Source of the DNA: Cyanobacteria bacterium J06554_1
Lineage (GTDB): Bacteria > Cyanobacteriota > Cyanobacteriia > Phormidesmidales > Phormidesmidaceae
DNA: 48,000 bases
Reading direction: 5' to 3'
Assembly (NCBI GenBank): GCA_038534515.1
Contig: JBCAWO010000033.1
Span: 8,613 to 56,612, forward strand
Shown here: positions 43,896 through 48,000 of the stretch, piece by piece
Layout of the letters: every line of letters starts with the position of its first letter
Numbering within the stretch: the stretch's first letter is position 1
The notes under the pieces: model-generated
The model's input: the letters and a program-made list of their open reading frames with translations, nothing else
Databases searched by the model: none
Told to the model about the DNA's origin: nothing
Made by a program: the position numbers and the translations under genes

Positions 43896-44408
43896 TCATG
43901 CTTGTTTAATAAGTGGTACCAGATGCATCATATAGTCCCGTTTCCCTATGGGCACACCAGTCATGCGAAGGATGTCATAGGCCGTAACCATGTGAAAGTA
44001 GAAGTTGGGAATCAGAAAATCATTTACATAGGCATCGCCAGACAGCTCAATGTAGAGATCCTGACCCAAGTCGATGCGTGCAACCTCAGCTAACCTTGTG
44101 TCTTCAACGTTTATGCCTGTTAGAAGCTCTTTGGTGTTGGAGATGTGTTCATATGCTTGTCTAAGAGATGAAACATCTGGATCTAGATTATTGGCCGGTT
44201 TGTTGTCACACCATAGAGAAAAGTTGCGTGGCTGATTGCAGGTGAACGCGATCTGCGTACCTAAGGGAAGCATATCTGCCACAATGCGCTGCTGAAGAAA
44301 AGAGTCGGTGTTACCAAAATGTGTCTGAGCCGATGTCAGGAGGTGCTCAAGAGTTGTTAAGCGGCTTTGGAAGAGGGTTTGGATAAAATCTATACTCTGT
44401 GTTTGCAT
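43896..44408 (-). CDS. DUF1993 family protein
   Basis: The helical-bundle pattern is LQQRIVADMLPLGTQIAFTCNQPRNF ... FYFHMVTAYDILRMTGVPIGKRDY. The tracked ORF starts at TTG 44423, with an ATG at 44408. Confidence 0.6.
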   Translation of the reverse strand: MQTQSIDFIQTLFQSRLTTLEHLLTSAQTHFGNTDSFLQQRIVADMLPLGTQIAFTCNQPRNFSLWCDNKPANNLDPDVSSLRQAYEHISNTKELLTGINVEDTRLAEVARIDLGQDLYIELSGDAYVNDFLIPNFYFHMVTAYDILRMTGVPIGKRDYMMHLVPLIKQA

Positions 44409-44571
44409 TGTGCGGACCGTCAAAGCTTATCCTATGAAGTGTAGCTTTTCTAGAATAGTCTGTAGCGTAGCGGCAAGATGCAGCAGCAGATAAGCTTGAA
44501 CTGAGCAGCAGCAGCTATCTTGGTCCGTTCGCTGCCATAACGTTTTGGACAGCCGACGCATACCCAAGAAC

Positions 44572-45060
44572 TTATTTTATAAATGGTAACAAGTCAAACT
44601 CTTGACGGATATCCAAAAGCGAACGATCAAGCAATGGCTCAAACTCAAGAAACGGTAGCAATTTTTGACGGTTACGAGTTTTAAACCAAATCGGGATTAA
44701 CTCTAAAATCACCCCAGGCAGCACTCTCAAAACTGCTCCATATAGCCAGAGAATTCCCTTCTCTTTGATCATATCCTCATACATCACATCAACAGCAGGG
44801 GAGTTTTTCATCTTCAGGTACGTCTGAAATGTGCATTCACTGGTCCACCAAAACAAAGGCAGAATTTTTAGTTCGTCGTACATTCCCGTGTCACAGGCAT
44901 AAATTACATGCCCCACATCGTGTGCTTGCAAGATTTTGGCAAAGTCTGAAGGCTGTGTTGCTGGCTCAGTAACGTGCGGATTGAGCTCATAGTACTCCAC
45001 CAGTCCATCTTTCACGGCTTGGGTACTGTGCTTGTCCATGTAACGCGGCTTTGGTCTCAT
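44572..45060 (-). CDS. Coq4-like (HDxxH-x11-E zinc-motif) protein
   Basis: HDVGHVIYACDTGMYDE matches the Coq4-family HDxxH(x)10-13E motif. The tracked ORF starts at GTG 45147, which would overlap the divergent TetR gene. The ATG at 45060 avoids that overlap. Confidence 0.4.
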   Translation of the reverse strand: MRPKPRYMDKHSTQAVKDGLVEYYELNPHVTEPATQPSDFAKILQAHDVGHVIYACDTGMYDELKILPLFWWTSECTFQTYLKMKNSPAVDVMYEDMIKEKGILWLYGAVLRVLPGVILELIPIWFKTRNRQKLLPFLEFEPLLDRSLLDIRQEFDLLPFIK

Positions 45061-45067
45061 GGTATTT

Positions 45068-45085
45068 CGATACGGTACGGTATCG
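45068..45085. promoter_or_regulatory. candidate TetR operator in the divergent promoter region
   Basis: The near-palindrome cgatacggtacggtatcg lies immediately upstream of a perfect TATAAT at 45091-45096. That hexamer sits only 7 nt (45097-45103) before the TetR ATG. Confidence 0.35.
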
Positions 45086-45103
45086 TAAACTATAATAGCA
45101 TTC

Positions 45104-45679
45104 ATGAACGATGTCCGAAAAAAATCACCAGGAAGACCTCGCAGCACAGCATCTCACCAGGCAATGCTAAGAGCTACGCTGGAGTTATTGTCAGAAGTCG
45201 GCTTTGAGACGATGAGTATTGAGGCGATCGCCTCGCGTGCTGGAGTAGGAAAGACCACTATCTATCGGCGCTACAGCAGTAAGGATGAACTGGTTGCTGA
45301 TGCCATTGAGAGCATTAGAGAAGAGGTGTTAATTCCTAACACAGGCGACCTTTGGGGTGATATAGATACACTTATTGAAAATGCTGCACAGATAACCTTC
45401 ACCCCACTTGGACGGCAGGCTGTTGCCATGATTATTAGTAGTGCATCAAGCAATTCTGGGTTTGCTCAAATTTACTGGGAAAAATATCTACAACCTCGAC
45501 GACAGGCCTTCGCCATGGTGCTCGAACGGGCAAAGGAAAGAAATGAAGTTTCAAAAGACTTAGATACAGGTTTGGTTTTCGATACGATGAGCGGCATCAT
45601 GCTCTATGCATTGATCTTTCCACCAACAGAATCTTGGACAGCCTATATCCGTCGTGCCCTGAGTTTCGTTCTCAAATGA
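45104..45679 (+). CDS. TetR/AcrR-family transcriptional regulator
   Basis: The N-terminal HTH is ILRATLELLSEVGFETMSIEAIASRAGVGKTTIYRRYSSK. Confidence 0.9.
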   Translation: MNDVRKKSPGRPRSTASHQAMLRATLELLSEVGFETMSIEAIASRAGVGKTTIYRRYSSKDELVADAIESIREEVLIPNTGDLWGDIDTLIENAAQITFTPLGRQAVAMIISSASSNSGFAQIYWEKYLQPRRQAFAMVLERAKERNEVSKDLDTGLVFDTMSGIMLYALIFPPTESWTAYIRRALSFVLK

Positions 45680-45804
45680 AAACGATGGCGGTGCATTGCA
45701 TCTTTACTCTCCCAAGACAACCGCTGGATTAACGGTCAGCGACCAGAAGTCCCCAGCGGCATGTTGCTTTAATGTTGCATCCGTCGATTGTTATGCCAAC
45801 ATAA

Positions 45805-46377
45805 TTATCGATGATAGACGGCTGTGATGCTTGCACTGTCAATCATGTTGGCACGGATCATATAGCCTACAAGTGCATTGCTGGAATTTTCAGGTAGTTC
45901 CAGGCGTTCTGTACCCAGTGCATAGACTGTGAAAATATAGCGATGGACTTCACCGGCAGGGGGACAAGCGCCGCCAAAACCAATGGTTCCGTAGTCATTT
46001 CGAATTTCAATTGCTTCTCCGAGCAGGGTGTTATTACCACTGGCGTTTTCAGACACAGAGTTTATGGAAACTGGGATGTTAACAACATTCCAGTGCCACC
46101 AGCCTGATCCGGTGGGTGCATCTGGATCGTATACGGTGATTGCAAAGCTTTTGGTCCCTGTTGGTGCTCCAGTCCATGACAACTGTGGTGACTGGTTTTC
46201 CCCTTCGCAGCCAAATCCTTCAAAAACGTGAGCGTTCGTCAACTTTTCGCCTTCGAAGACGGTTGTACTGGTTAATTCAAACTCCTGGGCGGACACAGGG
46301 GCTGTGATAGCGGTGGCGAGCAAGAAACCAAGGGCAATAAACTTACTAAGCATTGTCGTGGTCCTTTCCTTGAGCAT
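45805..46377 (-). CDS. secreted YbhB/YbcL-family PEBP (Raf kinase inhibitor-like) protein
   Basis: A signal peptide is present. Motifs are LSWTGAPTGTKSFAITVYDPDAPTGSGWWHW and HRYIFTVYAL. An alternative ATG at 46353 has an AAGGAAAGGA Shine-Dalgarno sequence. Confidence 0.85.
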   Translation of the reverse strand: MLKERTTTMLSKFIALGFLLATAITAPVSAQEFELTSTTVFEGEKLTNAHVFEGFGCEGENQSPQLSWTGAPTGTKSFAITVYDPDAPTGSGWWHWNVVNIPVSINSVSENASGNNTLLGEAIEIRNDYGTIGFGGACPPAGEVHRYIFTVYALGTERLELPENSSNALVGYMIRANMIDSASITAVYHR

Positions 46378-46451
46378 TGTTTATAGTCTGAATTTAACAA
46401 GGACCGCGTTGCTCTACTTTCACCAATCAAGCAAAATCTATCAAAAAACGC

Positions 46452-47297
46452 TCAATCTTCTACCTTGCGGATCTCACTTGGTTTGATGCCAAATCTCTTT
46501 CTAAAAGAATCTGAAAAGTGAGACGGCGTTTTAAATCCACAATTAAGGGCGATGTCTGAGATTGGGACATCTGTTGACTGTAAAAGGCTGAGCCCGTGCT
46601 CAAGTCTTGTATTCTGCAGTATTTTTGAAAAACCTTGCCCAGATTTAGCAAGCCAACGCCGCATGGTTGCCTCACTGATGGCAAAATGCTCAGCCACTTC
46701 ATTGGACCGCCAGGGATGGCTTAAATCTGTTTCAATGAGTCTTCTGACCTTGCTTAGCGGTTTTTCTTCTTCCTGGGATGAGAGATAAATGCCATTATAT
46801 TTTAGCCAGATTAAGGGTTCCAGCAGGCGATGCTGTCTGATCGGTGCTGGTAATTCTGGGTCGTTTAGTGTGGCCTCAATAGTGTTCAATATTTGGGGAG
46901 ACTGGTCTGCACAATCTTGAACGACCTGGATACCAACTGGTTCGATATTTGAGTTTTTATTGGAGAATACGGCTTCTATCATATGATGTGGGAAGCAAAT
47001 GCCAGTAGCCCGGTAATCAGCATCAAGTATGGGGCGGTTTTCCAGCGTTACCATAGAGCCAGGGGGAAATATCATCACATCTTTGGAATGCCCGATCAGT
47101 TCACCATTGATCGGACATAATACTCTCTTGCTGCCAACCTGAATAAAGAATAAAAAGGTATGTTGAAAATAAAGGTCTGTAAACGTAGCTGTCGCTGCCT
47201 GAGAAATTGACAGCAGGGACACATCCAGAGTGTCCCTGGCTTTTGACTGATCTTTTTTTTCATTGGTTGGCCTGAGTTGTCTAAGGTTATCTGTCAT
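46452..47297 (-). CDS. AraC-family transcriptional regulator
   Basis: The C-terminal double HTH is WRSNEVAEHFAISEATMRRWL ... DIALNCGFKTPSHFSDSFRKRFGIKPSEIR. An N-terminal cupin-like region is also present. Confidence 0.85.
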   Translation of the reverse strand: MTDNLRQLRPTNEKKDQSKARDTLDVSLLSISQAATATFTDLYFQHTFLFFIQVGSKRVLCPINGELIGHSKDVMIFPPGSMVTLENRPILDADYRATGICFPHHMIEAVFSNKNSNIEPVGIQVVQDCADQSPQILNTIEATLNDPELPAPIRQHRLLEPLIWLKYNGIYLSSQEEEKPLSKVRRLIETDLSHPWRSNEVAEHFAISEATMRRWLAKSGQGFSKILQNTRLEHGLSLLQSTDVPISDIALNCGFKTPSHFSDSFRKRFGIKPSEIRKVED

Positions 47298-47676
47298 AAG
47301 ATAATCAGCCCCAAAAAAGTCAACATCTTTGATGGTGTTGCATTGTTACGGCCACCTTCATCCCATGCAAACTTAACGGTTGGCAGTCCAGAATTTTCTA
47401 GGAACATGCCGATCCAATCACATACAGTATCGTTTCCAAAAGTGTCTTCTGCCCATGCTCCCATGTTGTTCTTCTCCCGTATCAGACGCTATGTGGAGCT
47501 TATGTGCATTTCCTTAGAGCCTGTATCAGAGACCCATGTGAGGTTTGAGAAGCGTATAAGGGAGCCTCAGGAGAGATTATAGAACATGTTCATCAGCTAT
47601 GGTTTTCAACCCTCATCAAGGTTGTGAGCTGTGTGTCAGAATACCTCAATATCTAATACTAGTTGGGAATACCGAC

Positions 47677-48000
47677 TTAACTACCTTTGGCAGCTTTTTG
47701 ATGAGACGCTGTAGCCTGTAGTTCTTCCACTACGTCCCATGCCGCGGCACAGGCCGGTGATGTTGCCCCCTGATCGGCACAAATCTTGCGAGCTTCCTGA
47801 CGGGCAACATCGATTTCATCCTCAATAAACAAGCGCTTTGGCTTCTCCACAAAATCGCTTTTAAGCAAAATATCTGAGATTGAAATCACCCCCAGCAGCC
47901 GACCTTGCACAACAGGAGCCCGGCGAATTTTTGTATTTGCAAACAGGCGGGCGACATATTCCACCCCTAAATCGGGAGATACGACAATACAAGGCTTGGT
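47677..48000 (-). CDS. CBS-domain / CP12-domain fusion protein (5' end beyond the window)
   Basis: The C-terminus CADQGATSPACAAAWDVVEEL matches the CP12 signature (Cys pair plus AWDxVEEL). It is preceded by CBS-like sequence (RRAPVVQGRLLGVISISDIL). The reading frame stays open to position 48000. Confidence 0.75.
   Translation of the reverse strand, partial: TKPCIVVSPDLGVEYVARLFANTKIRRAPVVQGRLLGVISISDILLKSDFVEKPKRLFIEDEIDVARQEARKICADQGATSPACAAAWDVVEELQATASHQKAAKGS

Noticed and set aside
47253-47260. An A8 homopolymer (T8 on the plus strand) near the 5' end of the AraC gene, considered as a phase-variation tract.
   Set aside because: Eight bases is short for slipped-strand switching. The tract encodes a plausible EKKD segment, and there is no evidence of variability.
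47277-47582. A 101-aa plus-strand ORF between the AraC gene and the CBS-CP12 gene.
   Set aside because: It begins inside the AraC start region on the opposite strand. Its composition is non-descript and it has no motif, so this is probably an intergenic or promoter region.
1-48000. CRISPR arrays, tRNA or rRNA genes, integrases, and toxin-antitoxin or defence-system gene sets.
   Set aside because: I saw no array of regularly spaced direct repeats; the only tandem repeats are 9-12-bp units in 3-5 copies. No cloverleaf-like or rRNA-like sequence turned up. No ORF carries recombinase, nuclease-NTPase or other recognisable defence-system motifs.

Overview
The window looks like cyanobacterial chromosomal DNA. 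I found at least 16 perfect HIP1 octamers (GCGATCGC), against fewer than 1 expected by chance, plus a FurA-like Fur and a CBS-CP12 gene. No rRNA, tRNA, CRISPR array or intact transposase was seen.

Layout, left to right:
- 1-8.0 kb: assorted regulators and enzymes. These are a histidine-phosphatase lipoprotein, a Crp-family regulator, an alpha/beta hydrolase, Fur, a Trypco2-like gene, an HTH-GrpE-like gene, an EEP-family protein, a VOC protein and an aldo/keto reductase.
- 8.1-10.8 kb: a copper-export operon (HMA chaperone, P1B-type ATPase and a small coupled membrane ORF) preceded by a long palindrome.
- 10.9-11.3 kb: a MITE-like pair of 65-bp inverted repeats.
- 11.4-20.3 kb: a minus-strand phosphorelay locus. 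It holds a small ORF, a GAF histidine kinase, a dCache hybrid kinase, a CheY-like receiver and a second hybrid kinase. The two hybrid kinases are recent tandem paralogues.
- 20.4-43.0 kb: a roughly 22-kb co-directional, tightly spaced NRPS gene cluster.
- 43-47.6 kb: a visibly more AT-rich islet (DUF1993, Coq4-like, TetR, PEBP, AraC).
- 47.7-48.0 kb: a truncated CBS-CP12 gene running off the window end.

The NRPS cluster is the main item of interest:
- A starter cassette runs ornithine/lysine-cyclodeaminase-like, acyl-CoA-dehydrogenase-like, stand-alone A domain, carrier protein.
- It feeds a C-A-T-E module, followed by a separate methyltransferase gene.
- The second module has its adenylation domain physically split between motifs a8 and a9. 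A complete GT1 glycosyltransferase gene sits in the break, giving C-A(core) | GT1 | A(sub)-T-E.
- The terminal C-T-TE module has no A domain. Its thioesterase reads GHCLGG (Cys where Ser is expected) and PGFF where PGxH is expected.
- A second GT-B enzyme and a sulfotransferase follow.

I do not recognise this architecture as any described cyanobacterial peptide pathway. All functional calls come from motif reading of the supplied translations, with no database search.
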